A stretch of 64,000 bases of DNA from Trueperaceae bacterium (GCA_011390675.1 JAABRX010000001.1:5368-69367); one strand, 5' to 3'. Counted from the stretch's first letter, positions 25,245 through 34,733 are shown. A program made the numbers and translations. Notes: generated from the sequence alone by a model not told the origin.

Positions 25245-26444
25245 ATGACGCGCGCCTCCGAGCGCTTCCACGAGCACCTCAGCTCCGAGCTCGCCGCGAT
25301 CGAGGCCGAGGGCCTCACCAAGCACGAGCGCGCCATCGTCGGCCAACAGCAGGCCGAGGTGACGCTCGCCGACGGCCGCCGGGTGCTCAACCTGTGCGCG
25401 AACAACTACCTCGGCCTCGCCAACCACCCGGACGTGATGGCGGCGGCCAAGCGGGGCATCGACGAGCACGGGTTCGGGGTCGCCTCGGTGCGCTTCATCT
25501 GCGGCACCCAGGACCAGCACGTCGAGCTCGAGCGGCGCGTCGCCGAGTTCGTCGGCACCGAGGACGCGATCCTCTACAGCAGCTGCTTCGACGCCAACAC
25601 CGGGCTGTTCGAGACGCTGTTGGGCGCCGAGGACGCGATCGTCTCCGACGCGCTCAACCACGCCTCGATCATCGACGGCGTGCGGCTGTGCAAGGCGCAG
25701 CGCTTCCGCTACGCCAACGCCGACCTCGCCGACCTGGAGCGGCAGCTGCAGGCCGCCCAGGACGCTCGCTTCCGGATGATCGTCACCGACGGCGTCTTCA
25801 GCATGGACGGGGTGGTGGCGCCGCTCGCGGGCATCTGCGACCTGGCCGATCGGTACGACGCGCTGGTGATGGTCGACGACTCGCACGCGGTGGGCTTCAT
25901 GGGGGCGCAAGGCCGCGGCACCCACGAGCACGCGGGCGTGCTGGATCGGGTCGACCTGCTCACCGGCACGCTCGGCAAGGCGCTCGGCGGCGCCTCGGGC
26001 GGCTACACCGCCGGCAGCCGTGCGCTGGTGTCGCTGTTGCGGCAGCGCTCGCGCCCCTACCTCTTCAGCAACGCCCTCGCCCCGTCGGTGGTGGCGGCCT
26101 CGCTCGCGGTGCTCGACCTGCTCGAGGGTTCGGGCGACCTGCGCGAGCAGCTGCACGCCAACGCCGCCTACTTCCGCGAGCGCATGAGCTCGGCCGGGTT
26201 CACCTTGGCGGGCGCCGGCCACCCGATCGTGCCGGTGATGATCGGCGACGCCGCGCTCGCCGCGCGCCTCGCCGAGCGCATGCTCGACGAGGGCGTCTAC
26301 GTGGTGGCCTTCTCGTTCCCGGTGGTGCCGCGCGGGCAGGCGCGCATCCGCACGCAGATGTCGGCGGCGCACACCCGAGCCCATCTGGACCACGCGATCG
26401 ACGCGTTCACCCGCGTCGGGCGCGAACTCGGCGTCCTCGCCTGA
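25245..26444 (+). CDS. kbl: Glycine C-acetyltransferase (2-amino-3-ketobutyrate CoA ligase)
   Basis: Internal ATG of ORF 25101..26444. Motifs NNYLGL, DDSHAVG, PLP-lysine context GTLGKALGG. Directly followed by tdh. Confidence 0.9.
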   Translation: MTRASERFHEHLSSELAAIEAEGLTKHERAIVGQQQAEVTLADGRRVLNLCANNYLGLANHPDVMAAAKRGIDEHGFGVASVRFICGTQDQHVELERRVAEFVGTEDAILYSSCFDANTGLFETLLGAEDAIVSDALNHASIIDGVRLCKAQRFRYANADLADLERQLQAAQDARFRMIVTDGVFSMDGVVAPLAGICDLADRYDALVMVDDSHAVGFMGAQGRGTHEHAGVLDRVDLLTGTLGKALGGASGGYTAGSRALVSLLRQRSRPYLFSNALAPSVVAASLAVLDLLEGSGDLREQLHANAAYFRERMSSAGFTLAGAGHPIVPVMIGDAALAARLAERMLDEGVYVVAFSFPVVPRGQARIRTQMSAAHTRAHLDHAIDAFTRVGRELGVLA

Positions 26445-26453
26445 GGAGGCGGC

Positions 26454-27503
26454 ATGTTCAGCCTGGCCAAACTCGAGCCGCGCGAGGGGATGTGGGCGTT
26501 CGACGCCCCCGAGCCCACCGTCGGCCCCAACGACGTGCTCATCGCGATCCGCAAGACCAGCATCTGCGGCACCGACGTGCACATCCACAACTGGGACGCC
26601 TGGGCCCAGAAGACGATCCCGGTGCCCATGGTCACCGGCCACGAGTACATGGGCGTGGTGGAGGCGGTCGGCAGCGAGGTGCGCGGCGTCGCCCTCGGCG
26701 ACCGGGTGTCGGGCGAGGGGCACCTGACCTGCGGCCATTGCCGCAACTGCCGCGCCGGGCGCCGGCACTTGTGCCGCAACACGGTGGGCGTGGGCGTGAA
26801 CGTGCCCGGCGCGTTCGCGGAGCGCTTCGCGCTGCCCGCGAGCAACGTCTTCAAGCTCCCGGACGCCATCTCGGACACCGTCGCGGCGATCCTCGACCCG
26901 TTCGGCAACGCGGTGCACACCGCGCTCTCCTTCGACGTGGTGGGGGAGGACGTGCTCGTCACCGGTGCCGGCCCCATCGGCTGCATGGCGGCGGCGGTGG
27001 CGCGCTTCGTCGGTGCGCGCCACGTGGTCGTCACCGACCCCAATCCCTACCGGCGAGGCCTCGCCGAGCAGATGGGCGCGACGCGCGTCGTCGACCCCAG
27101 CGCCCCCGGCTTCGACCTGCGCGACGTGATGGCCGATCTGGGGATGACCGAGGGCTTCGACGTCTCCTTCGAGATGTCGGGCTCGGGGGCGGCGCTGCGC
27201 GAGGGGCTGGCGGCGATGAACTACGGCGGCAAGGTGGCGTTGCTCGGGGTCCCGAGCGCCGACGTGGCGATCGACTGGAACGTGGTGATCTTCAGGGGGT
27301 TGCTGCTCAAGGGGATCTACGGTCGCGAGCTGTTCGAGACCTGGTACAAGATGGCCGGCCTGCTCGAGTCCGGGCTCGACCTGAGCCCGATCATCACCCA
27401 CGAGTTGCCGGCGGCGCGGTTCCAGGAGGGCTTCGATCTGATGCGGTCGGGCGCTTCGGGCAAGGTGGTGCTCGACTGGGCGCCGGGGTCGTTGCCGGAG
27501 TGA
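26454..27503 (+). CDS. tdh: L-threonine 3-dehydrogenase
   Basis: 349 aa Zn-ADH fold. Motifs [31 protein letters not shown]. Classic kbl-tdh pairing. Confidence 0.9.
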   Translation: MFSLAKLEPREGMWAFDAPEPTVGPNDVLIAIRKTSICGTDVHIHNWDAWAQKTIPVPMVTGHEYMGVVEAVGSEVRGVALGDRVSGEGHLTCGHCRNCRAGRRHLCRNTVGVGVNVPGAFAERFALPASNVFKLPDAISDTVAAILDPFGNAVHTALSFDVVGEDVLVTGAGPIGCMAAAVARFVGARHVVVTDPNPYRRGLAEQMGATRVVDPSAPGFDLRDVMADLGMTEGFDVSFEMSGSGAALREGLAAMNYGGKVALLGVPSADVAIDWNVVIFRGLLLKGIYGRELFETWYKMAGLLESGLDLSPIITHELPAARFQEGFDLMRSGASGKVVLDWAPGSLPE

Positions 27504-27690
27504 GGTTCGCGGCCGGATCGACGCGCGCGGATGCAACCTCGATGCAACCTCGTTCGTGTGCGTATGGAGGAGGCAGGGTCGCCGTGGTGGCAGCCTGAGC
27601 GTCCCTGACCGACCAACTCCCCGCCGTCGCCCCGCTTCCTCGCGCAGGAATCCCTCCGCAGCCGGGCGCGGCGGGGTCTTCTATGGTCGC

Positions 27691-28221
27691 TCAGCCGTCG
27701 CCGGAGACGTCGAGGGGGGCGTCCGGAGGACCGTCCGCAAGGACCGCGCCCAACCGCTGCGCGATCCGGGGCGGGAAGACCCGCTCCGACGTCGCCGCGA
27801 GCTCGGCCAGCGTCCACCACCGGAACCCGTGGAACGTGCGCGCCTCCCATGCTTCGAACCCGGTCGGGTGCGGCGTCCGACGTTCGACGGCGACGCGCGC
27901 CAGGCGGTACGCCTCCTCGAAGCGGCGGACCTCGCCGTGCACCAGGAGGTCGACCGTACGCCGCCACACCCAGGCGCCCCACGCGACGTCGTCGAAACCG
28001 GTCTCTTCGCGCAGCTCGCGCCTGAGCCCGGCGGCCGGGTCTTCGCCGGGCTCGAGCCCGCCGCCCGGTGGGAACCACACCGGGGCGTCGGTGGGTGGGG
28101 CGCCGGGGCGCCGCACCTCGGGGTCGACGAACGCCTGGAGCAGGACGCGATCGGCGGGATCGAGGAGCAGCACGCGGACGGTGGGGCGCGACCGCGCGGG
28201 CGCGGCGTCGATCCGAGGCAC
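27691..28221 (-). CDS. NUDIX hydrolase
   Basis: Nudix box GGGLEPGEDPAAGLRRELREETG. GTG 28221 chosen inside track ORF 27691..28650; the start is uncertain. Confidence 0.75.
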   Translation of the reverse strand: MPRIDAAPARSRPTVRVLLLDPADRVLLQAFVDPEVRRPGAPPTDAPVWFPPGGGLEPGEDPAAGLRRELREETGFDDVAWGAWVWRRTVDLLVHGEVRRFEEAYRLARVAVERRTPHPTGFEAWEARTFHGFRWWTLAELAATSERVFPPRIAQRLGAVLADGPPDAPLDVSGDG

Positions 28222-28226
28222 CTCGC

Positions 28227-29174
28227 TCAGCGGCAACCGAGCGCCGCGAACGCGTCGTTGAAACCGGTCGTCTCGGTCGTGAAGGTGATCGGAGGGAGGC
28301 CTGCCCGGCGCGGCTCCATGCGGACGGTGACGTCGACGACGCCGCGCAGGAAGCGGATCAGGCGCTCTTCGGTCGCGTCGTCCGGGATCTGGGCGGCCGC
28401 GAACGGTCCGACGGTCACCGGCGTCGTCAGGAAGTCGACGTTGCCGGAGCGGAAGGTGGCGTCGTAGACGTCGCCTTCGGCGAGCCCGTAGGGACCGACG
28501 TCGATCTCCACCCCGTTGCCGCCTTCGACGCAGTAGAGGCCGATCGCCCCGTCGGTGACGGCGCTGAAGATGCCGGCGGCGTCCTCGGTCGGCGACCAGC
28601 TCCCGATCGCGTCGGGCGCGCCGGGGTCCGCTGCGGGCGCCGTGCCGCACGTGAGCTGCGCGAGCGCCGCCGAGAACCCGCGCACGTCGTATTGGAAGGT
28701 GCGTTCCGGCACGCCCGCTTCCGGGTCGGCCTGCACGCGCAGCGCGAGGTTGGTGGCGCCGGCGAGCCCCGCGAACAGGGCTTCGTTGAACTCGTAGTAC
28801 GCCACGACCTCCTGTACGCCGATCTCACCGGTCAGGAACCACGTCTGGGTCGCCACCGGACCCTGGTCGAAGCGCACGAGCATCGAGACGTCACCGTCGG
28901 CGTTCACCGCGTCCGGGAAGGGCATCGCGGCCACCCAGGCGCTCACTTCGAAGCCGTTGGGCGACTGGTCGTCGCAGCCGACCACCAGGACCGCGTCGCT
29001 GGTCGGGAGGTCGTCCGGGTGCTGGGACGCCGAGACCCAGATGGAGCCGAGCCCCAAGTAGCTGAAGAGGTCGAACTCGCTCTCGACGTTCCACGCGCCG
29101 GTCGCTTGGGCGTGGCTCGCGCTCGAGAACACGGCGGCGAGGAGGAGGATGGACGTGGCGACGAAGCGGCGCAT
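28227..29174 (-). CDS. Secreted hypothetical protein made of two internally duplicated Cys-bracketed domains
   Basis: Internal ATG 29174 of ORF 28227..29375. Signal peptide MRRFVATSILLLAAVFSSASHAQA. The two halves end RGFSAALAQLTCG and TGFNDAFAALGCR, and each has an earlier Cys (VVGCDD, LYCVEGG). Confidence 0.55.
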   Translation of the reverse strand: MRRFVATSILLLAAVFSSASHAQATGAWNVESEFDLFSYLGLGSIWVSASQHPDDLPTSDAVLVVGCDDQSPNGFEVSAWVAAMPFPDAVNADGDVSMLVRFDQGPVATQTWFLTGEIGVQEVVAYYEFNEALFAGLAGATNLALRVQADPEAGVPERTFQYDVRGFSAALAQLTCGTAPAADPGAPDAIGSWSPTEDAAGIFSAVTDGAIGLYCVEGGNGVEIDVGPYGLAEGDVYDATFRSGNVDFLTTPVTVGPFAAAQIPDDATEERLIRFLRGVVDVTVRMEPRRAGLPPITFTTETTGFNDAFAALGCR

Positions 29175-29329
29175 GGACGACCTCCGAAGCGACGGGACGG
29201 CGCCCGCGCGTGGGTGTGGACCGATGCTACCCGGCCGCTCCGGTTCGGAGCCAAGCGCGCGTGGGTTCGCCGGGTGGCCGCGCGGGCGTCCGGGTCGTGG
29301 AGCGCGCCGGGGGCGGCCAGGTCGCGCGG

Positions 29330-29335
29330 TAGATT
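29330..29335 (+). promoter_or_regulatory. -10-like TAGATT, 6 nt upstream of the TetR-family GTG
   Basis: TAGATT-gcgtgc-GTG read directly. Confidence 0.4.
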
Positions 29336-29341
29336 GCGTGC

Positions 29342-29950
29342 GTGGAGGACGGCGAACGAGGGCAGATCGCGGCATCGACGGCGCGGGAGCGGGTGTTGGA
29401 GGTGGCGGCGCGGTTGTTCCAGGAGCACGGCTTGGCGCGCGTCACGATGCGCGACGTGGCCGACGCGCTCGGGATGCGCCAGGCTTCGCTGTACCACCAC
29501 GCCCCGGGGGGCAAGGCGCAGCTGTACCGCGAGGTGTTCGAGCGCATGATCGCCCACCATCGCGCGGGCCTCGAGCACGCCATCGCCGCGGCCGGCCCCG
29601 ACCTGCGCGCCCGCTTGCGCGCGGTCTCGAGCTGGTACGGAACGCAGCAGCCCTTGAACTTCCTGCGCATGATGACCTCCGACATGCCTTCGCTCGGCGA
29701 CGACGAGGCGGAGGCGCTTGCGGCGCCCGCCTACGCGGCGCTCATGCGCCCCATCCGCGACGCGTTCGCGGAGGCGGCGGCCGCCGGCGCGATCGAGGCG
29801 CGCGACCCCGACCTGCTCGCCGGGTCGTTCCTCGCGGTGCTCGATGCGGTCGACTTCGCCGAGTCGCGCGCGTACGGTTCCGCCGATCGGGTCGCGATGG
29901 CGCACACGATGGTCGACGTCCTGCTCGACGGGTTGACGGTGCGGGCGTGA
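29342..29950 (+). CDS. TetR/AcrR-family transcriptional regulator
   Basis: N-terminal HTH: RERVLEVAARLFQEHGLARVTMRDVADALGMRQASLYHH. Confidence 0.85.
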   Translation: MEDGERGQIAASTARERVLEVAARLFQEHGLARVTMRDVADALGMRQASLYHHAPGGKAQLYREVFERMIAHHRAGLEHAIAAAGPDLRARLRAVSSWYGTQQPLNFLRMMTSDMPSLGDDEAEALAAPAYAALMRPIRDAFAEAAAAGAIEARDPDLLAGSFLAVLDAVDFAESRAYGSADRVAMAHTMVDVLLDGLTVRA

Positions 29951-30498
29951 GGCGCGGCGCATGGCCCTCGTGGGCTCCTGCCATGGGCGCGTTCTTCGCG
30001 GGCGCCGTGCTCGTCAGCGCGCTGGGTGGACCGGTGCTGGTGGGCTTGCTCGTCGGCGGCTTGGCCGCCTGGCTCGTCCCCATGACGTTCCGGGCGCCTC
30101 CGTGGACGCCGCGGGGACGCGCCGTGTGGCGCGCGCGGGGCAGCGCACTCGGAACCTTGGGCCGCGCCGCCCATACCTGGTGGGCGTTGGTGCGCCGCAG
30201 CCGACCGGTCGATCCCTACGGGTCGCGCGCGCCGGCGGACGGCGGAGACGCGGCCTGGAACGTCGACCCGAACGACGCGCGCGAGGGCGCCCGCTTCGAC
30301 GCCGCCTTCCCGGTCCGCTGCGAGGTGGTCACGGATCGCCTGCAGGTATGGCACTCGACCGACACCGGTCGCGCGTACGAGGTCGACCTGCGGCGTGCCC
30401 CGGCCGAAGCGCGCCCCGGCGATCTCGGCTGGCTCGCGTTCGAGGCCGGTCGCCCGCGGGTGCGGCTCGAGCGCGATCGGAGCCGCGTCCTCAACTGA
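29947..30498 (+). CDS. Hypothetical membrane-anchored protein (alternative start ATG 29983)
   Basis: In frame of track ORF 29149..30498. GTGA overlap with the TetR stop. One TM helix (FFAGAVLVSALGGPVLVGLLVGGLAAWLV). Third-position GC about 90% by hand. Confidence 0.45.
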   Translation: MRRGAWPSWAPAMGAFFAGAVLVSALGGPVLVGLLVGGLAAWLVPMTFRAPPWTPRGRAVWRARGSALGTLGRAAHTWWALVRRSRPVDPYGSRAPADGGDAAWNVDPNDAREGARFDAAFPVRCEVVTDRLQVWHSTDTGRAYEVDLRRAPAEARPGDLGWLAFEAGRPRVRLERDRSRVLN

Positions 30499-30580
30499 CC
30501 TGCGTCCGCCGAACGGATCGGGTGCGCCCGCCCCGGCCGTACGTCACGGCGGTGCCCGTGCCGCGGGTGCATGCTGCGGT

Positions 30581-31087
30581 ATGGACCTCGACGAGGCGCG
30601 CAGTCGCTTGGCCGTGGGGGTCGAAGCGATCGAGTGCTTCGTCGCCGGGATCGGTGACGAGGAGGCTGCGTACCGCCCAGGGCCGGATGCATGGAGCGTA
30701 CGCGACGTGCTCGCTCATCTGCTGCACGAGGAGGGCGCCGACTTCCGCAAGCGCTTCAGGGCGACCTTGAACGACCCGGCGGGCCCGTGGCCGCCGAACG
30801 ATCCGCACGGCACGGTCGAGGACGCCCGGCGCGACGCCCGTTCGGCGCGCGTCCTCGTGGAAGGGTTCCGCGAGGAGCGGGAAGTGTCGCTCGCCTGGCT
30901 CGCCACGCTCGACGCCCCGGACCTCGAGCGTGTGCACGACGCCGAGGGACGTCGGCTCCGAGCCGGCGACCTGTTGGCCGCGTGGGTGGCCCACGACCTG
31001 GTCCACCTGCGCCAGTTGACCGGGGTCCGGCTCTCCTGGTGGGCGCGGCGGGCGGCGCCGTTCGACGTCGGGTACGCAGAAGGCTAG
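30581..31087 (+). CDS. DinB-family (DinB_2) metal-binding protein
   Basis: Internal ATG of ORF 30395..31087. His-containing motifs DVLAHLLHEE and WVAHDLVHLRQL. Confidence 0.7.
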   Translation: MDLDEARSRLAVGVEAIECFVAGIGDEEAAYRPGPDAWSVRDVLAHLLHEEGADFRKRFRATLNDPAGPWPPNDPHGTVEDARRDARSARVLVEGFREEREVSLAWLATLDAPDLERVHDAEGRRLRAGDLLAAWVAHDLVHLRQLTGVRLSWWARRAAPFDVGYAEG

Positions 31088-31557
31088 GAGCGGCGCGGCG
31101 GGTCGTCGGCGTATCCCTCGTCGCGACCGATCTGCAGCCAAACGAGCTCCAGCGCGTCCGCGGCGGCGCGCAGACTGGCTGGATCGACGTCCGGATGGAG
31201 GGCATCGAAGCGCTCGGCCGCCGCGCGCATGGCGAGGGCATGACGCGCCCTGCCCGCATCCGTGACGTGGGCGGACCGACGACGACGATCGCCGGGTTCG
31301 TCTTCGACGCGCACCAACCCTTCGACCTCCAAGTATCCGAGGGCGCGGGCGACGGACGGGGCGGAGCGCGCCAAGCGGTCGGCGATCGCGCTTGGGGAGT
31401 GGTAGCCGAGCACGAGGCTGTGCAAGACCAGGAGGTCGTTGTGCCGGAGCTGGCTGACCTCGGTGACGTACGGGTCGATCTCGCGCGAGACCAGCCGCGA
31501 GAGTTGCATCGCGCGCTGGATCACGCGAACGAAATCTGGGCGTTCGCTCGTTCGCAT
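31084..31557 (-). CDS. MarR-family transcriptional regulator
   Basis: Internal ATG 31557 of ORF 31084..31611. wHTH region LLVLHSLVLGYHSPSAIADRLARSAPSVARALGYLEVEGLVRVEDEPGDRR. Confidence 0.8.
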   Translation of the reverse strand: MRTSERPDFVRVIQRAMQLSRLVSREIDPYVTEVSQLRHNDLLVLHSLVLGYHSPSAIADRLARSAPSVARALGYLEVEGLVRVEDEPGDRRRRSAHVTDAGRARHALAMRAAAERFDALHPDVDPASLRAAADALELVWLQIGRDEGYADDPPRRS

Positions 31558-31638
31558 CGGAAACGAGCGTAACGCTCGGCGGCGCCATCGAGGCACCGCC
31601 GAGCGACGCACGGAGCGGTTCCGAGTCGCAGGGGTCGC

Positions 31639-32190
31639 TCAGCCCTGTTGCGTCACCTGCACGTCGATCGAGAGCTTGACCTCTTCGGCGACGAGGAGCG
31701 CGCCGGCCTCGAGGATCTGGTTCCAGGTGAGGCCCCACTCCTTGCGGTTGAGCTTGGCGCTGGCCGTCGCCGCGCGGCGCTGCAGGCCCCAGGGGTCGGT
31801 GATCGGGTCACCGATCTCGGCGTCGAGGACCACGGGCTTGGTGACGCCGTGCATGGTCAGGTCGCCGGCGACCTCGAAGCGCTCGCCGCCACGGGCGGAC
31901 ACGCCGGTGCTCACGAAGGTGATCGTGGCATGGGACTCGGCGTCGAAGAAGTCCGCGGAGCGCAGGTGGGCGTCGCGGTCCTTGGTCCCGGTGTTGATGC
32001 TGGCGGTCTCGATGTCGATGCGCACGGACGTGGGGACGCCGTCGGCGCCGGTCTCGACGGTGCCGGCGACCCGCTCGAAGCGGCCACGGACGGTCGAGAG
32101 GCCCATGTGGCGGACGGCGAACGCGACGTCGGTATGGGTGGGATCGATCGTCCACGTGGCGGGCGTGGTGGTGGCGGTGGTGGTGGTCAT
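31639..32190 (-). CDS. YceI-family periplasmic polyisoprenoid-binding protein
   Basis: Internal ATG 32190 with a GAGGAG SD. Motifs WTIDPTHTDVAFAVRHMGLSTVRGRF and LTMHGVTKPV. Confidence 0.85.
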   Translation of the reverse strand: MTTTTATTTPATWTIDPTHTDVAFAVRHMGLSTVRGRFERVAGTVETGADGVPTSVRIDIETASINTGTKDRDAHLRSADFFDAESHATITFVSTGVSARGGERFEVAGDLTMHGVTKPVVLDAEIGDPITDPWGLQRRAATASAKLNRKEWGLTWNQILEAGALLVAEEVKLSIDVQVTQQG

Positions 32191-32262
32191 GGTCGGGCTC
32201 CTCGCGGTGTGGGATGGTCGGGGCGGCGCATCGCCGCTGCGGTCGAACGAGCACACCGTACG

Positions 32263-32290
32263 GTCAAGTGCTCCAGAATGTCAAGCGCTC
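32263..32290 (+). promoter_or_regulatory. Direct repeat GTCAAG(T/C)GCTC x2 in the yceI/hxlR divergent region (candidate operator)
   Basis: GTCAAGTGCTC at 32263-32273 and GTCAAGCGCTC at 32280-32290, with 17-bp periodicity. Confidence 0.35.
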
Positions 32291-32314
32291 TAACCGATGC
32301 AGCGCACCATCGTG

Positions 32315-32320
32315 TAGACT
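32315..32320 (+). promoter_or_regulatory. -10-like TAGACT, 6 nt upstream of the HxlR-family ATG
   Basis: TAGACT-tgccgc-ATG read directly. Confidence 0.4.
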
Positions 32321-32326
32321 TGCCGC

Positions 32327-32716
32327 ATGACCGCGCACGACCACGCCTTCTGCCCCGTCTACGACAGCATCCAACTGCTGCAGGAGAAGTGGGTGCTGCA
32401 CATCGTCCGGGCGCTGCTCGAGGGACCGCACGGGTTCAACGACCTGGCGCGCGCCGTCGGTGGGGTCAACACGACGACGCTCTCCGCGCGCCTGGAGCAC
32501 CTCGAGCGCGTCGGCGTGGTGGTCAAGACGATCGAGTCGACGATGCCGCCGCGGACGCGCTACGAGCTCAGCGAATCCGGGCGCGCGCTGCAGCAGGTGG
32601 TCGATGCGATCGACGCCTGGGCGCGCGCGCACATGCCGGCGTGCCGGGCGGCGGCAGCGGCCGAGGTCGCGTCCGCGACGGCGCGATCAGGCGCGCGTCA
32701 CCCAGCGCACGAGTAG
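32327..32716 (+). CDS. HxlR-family winged-helix transcriptional regulator
   Basis: CPVYDSIQLLQEKWVLHIVRALLEGPHGFNDLARAV..NTTTLSARLEHLERVGVV. Confidence 0.85.
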   Translation: MTAHDHAFCPVYDSIQLLQEKWVLHIVRALLEGPHGFNDLARAVGGVNTTTLSARLEHLERVGVVVKTIESTMPPRTRYELSESGRALQQVVDAIDAWARAHMPACRAAAAAEVASATARSGARHPAHE

Positions 32717-34159
32717 CCGCACCCCGAAGCCCGTCGCCCCCTTGGTCACGTAGCCTTGCTCGGTGCTTTGCAGGTTCATGCCCGCGATGTCGAGATGCAC
32801 CCACGGGTAGTCGACGAAGCGCTCGAGGAACGCGGCAGCCACCGACGCCCCCCCACGCGGCTTGCCACTCGAGTTCTTGAGGTCGGCGACGTCGCTCCGC
32901 AGGTCCTCGAGGTACTCCTTCCACAGCGGCAGCGGCCACACCCGCTCGAACGTCGCCTCGGCGGCCGCGTCGATCTGCGCCGCGAGCGCGGCGTCGTTCG
33001 CGAAGCGCCCCGCCGCGATCCCCTCGCCGAGCGCCGTGACCACGGCCCCGGTCAGCGTGGCCAGGTCGACCACGGCCCGCGGGCGGTACCGCTGCGCGAA
33101 GGAGAGCGCGTCGGCGAGCAGGAGGCGCCCCTCGGCGTCGGTCGAGATGATCTCGATCGTCGTGCCGTTCGCGGCCGTGAGCACGTCGGCCGGGCGGTAG
33201 GCGTGGGCGTCGAGCATGTTCTCGGTCGCCGGGACGATCGCGACCACCCGCCGCGGCGCGCGCAGCCGCCCGAGCGTCCGCATCGCACCGAGCACCGCGG
33301 CGGCGCCGGCCATGTCCGCCTTCATCGCCCCCATGCCCGCGCGCCCCTTGATCGACACGCCGCCGCTGTCGAACGTGACCCCCTTGCCGACGAGCACGAG
33401 CGGCGCTTCCTGGCCGTTGGTCGGGTCGTGCTCGAGCACGATGAAGCGCGGCTCGCAGCCGGCGCCCTGGGCGACGCCGAGGAAGGCACCCATGCCGTGT
33501 TCGGCCGCCCACGCGCGGTCGCCCACGGTGACGGCGAAGCCGTGGTCGCGCGCGAGCTCGTGCGCGACGTCGGCCAGGTGGTCGGGCGTGGCGACGTTCG
33601 GCGGGCGGTTGACCAGTTCGCGGGCGAGCTCGACGCCTTCGGCGACCGCCTCGGCCCAGCGCACGGCGTCGCGGGCGGCCTCGAGGCGCGGCTCGTCCAC
33701 CGCGAGCACGAGCTCGTCCACGCCCGGCTCCTGGGCGTATCGATACAGTCCGAGGCGTGCCCCTTCGACCGTCGCGCCCGTCGCGGCCGCGAAGTCGAGG
33801 TCGGCGAGCCCGGCGCCCAGTGGGGCGACCCCGACGCGCTTCGCGCCCAGAGCTCGCGCGCGCCGCAGGGCCGCGGCCGCGGCGCGGCGCACCACCTCGG
33901 CGTCGAGGCCGGATGCGGGACCCAGCCCGACCACGAGGACGCGCGGCGCCGCCAGCCCTCGTTCGGGGAAGAGGGGCGTGACCTGCCCGACGCCGGCGTC
34001 GAGGTCGCCGCGCGCGTGGAGGCGACCGACCAGGCCGTCCAGCGCGCGGTCCACGGCGTGGGTCGCGCCGCCGGGCAGGCTCGCCTCGGCGAGGACGGGG
34101 ATCACGATGGCGTCCACGTCGAGTTCGGTGATGGCGACGGCATGTGGGATCGTCTTCAT
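32687..34159 (-). CDS. pepA: Leucyl aminopeptidase (M17)
   Basis: 490 aa. Motifs VGKGVTFDSGG and STDAEGRLLLADAL, with the M17 catalytic-domain layout. Confidence 0.9.
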   Translation of the reverse strand: MKTIPHAVAITELDVDAIVIPVLAEASLPGGATHAVDRALDGLVGRLHARGDLDAGVGQVTPLFPERGLAAPRVLVVGLGPASGLDAEVVRRAAAAALRRARALGAKRVGVAPLGAGLADLDFAAATGATVEGARLGLYRYAQEPGVDELVLAVDEPRLEAARDAVRWAEAVAEGVELARELVNRPPNVATPDHLADVAHELARDHGFAVTVGDRAWAAEHGMGAFLGVAQGAGCEPRFIVLEHDPTNGQEAPLVLVGKGVTFDSGGVSIKGRAGMGAMKADMAGAAAVLGAMRTLGRLRAPRRVVAIVPATENMLDAHAYRPADVLTAANGTTIEIISTDAEGRLLLADALSFAQRYRPRAVVDLATLTGAVVTALGEGIAAGRFANDAALAAQIDAAAEATFERVWPLPLWKEYLEDLRSDVADLKNSSGKPRGGASVAAAFLERFVDYPWVHLDIAGMNLQSTEQGYVTKGATGFGVRLLVRWVTRA

Positions 34160-34257
34160 GGGTCAGGTGTACCGCACCGGGCGGAGCGTCGCCCGGGCGC
34201 CGAGCTTGCCGCGGGGCACGGCGGTAGCGATCGGCGCCGCCTCGGTGGCGTGCGGGC

Positions 34258-34286
34258 TTGACGTGCATACCCCTACTGGGTATAAG
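34258..34286 (+). promoter_or_regulatory. Near-consensus sigma70 promoter TTGACG, 17 nt, TATAAG, ending 6 nt before the rhodanese ATG (leaderless)
   Basis: TTGACG 34258-34263, exactly 17-nt spacer, TATAAG 34281-34286, ggctcc, ATG 34293. Confidence 0.65.
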
Positions 34287-34292
34287 GGCTCC

Positions 34293-34733
34293 ATGGCCAA
34301 ACGCCCTACCCCCCAAGCTCCGCGCCGCCTTCCGACGGCGCTCTTCGCCGCCCTCGCCGCCGTGGTCGTCCTCGGCGGCCTCGGGGTGGCGCTCACCCGC
34401 GGCTCCGATGCGGCTCTGACGACCGTCAGCGTTCGCGACCTGTTCACGGCGATCGGCCAAGACCCCGCACCGACCGTGCTCGACGTGCGCGAGCCCGACG
34501 AGTACGCGGCCGGCCACGTCGAGGGCGCGCTCCTGATGCCGCTCGCGCGCACCGTGGAGATGGCGCTCGCCGCCGACCTCCCCAAGGACGAGCCCGTGTA
34601 CGTCTTCTGCCGCAGCGGCAATCGCTCGCTGCAGGCGGCTCAGGCGCTCGTCGCCGCCGGGTACGAGGACGTGCGCAACGTCGACGGCGGCATCATCGCC
34701 TGGACCGGGGCGGGTCTGCCGGTGGTGCGATGA
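34293..34733 (+). CDS. Membrane-anchored rhodanese-domain sulfurtransferase
   Basis: Internal ATG of ORF 33216..34733. TM or signal anchor. Motifs LDVREPDEY and active-site loop FCRSGNRS. Confidence 0.8.
   Translation: MAKRPTPQAPRRLPTALFAALAAVVVLGGLGVALTRGSDAALTTVSVRDLFTAIGQDPAPTVLDVREPDEYAAGHVEGALLMPLARTVEMALAADLPKDEPVYVFCRSGNRSLQAAQALVAAGYEDVRNVDGGIIAWTGAGLPVVR

Noticed and set aside
30280-30495. A PilZ-like c-di-GMP receptor domain in the TetR-coupled membrane protein (REGAR resembles RxxxR).
   Set aside because: The downstream (D/N)xSxxG motif is not matched (HSTDTG has the wrong spacing). The similarity may be coincidental.
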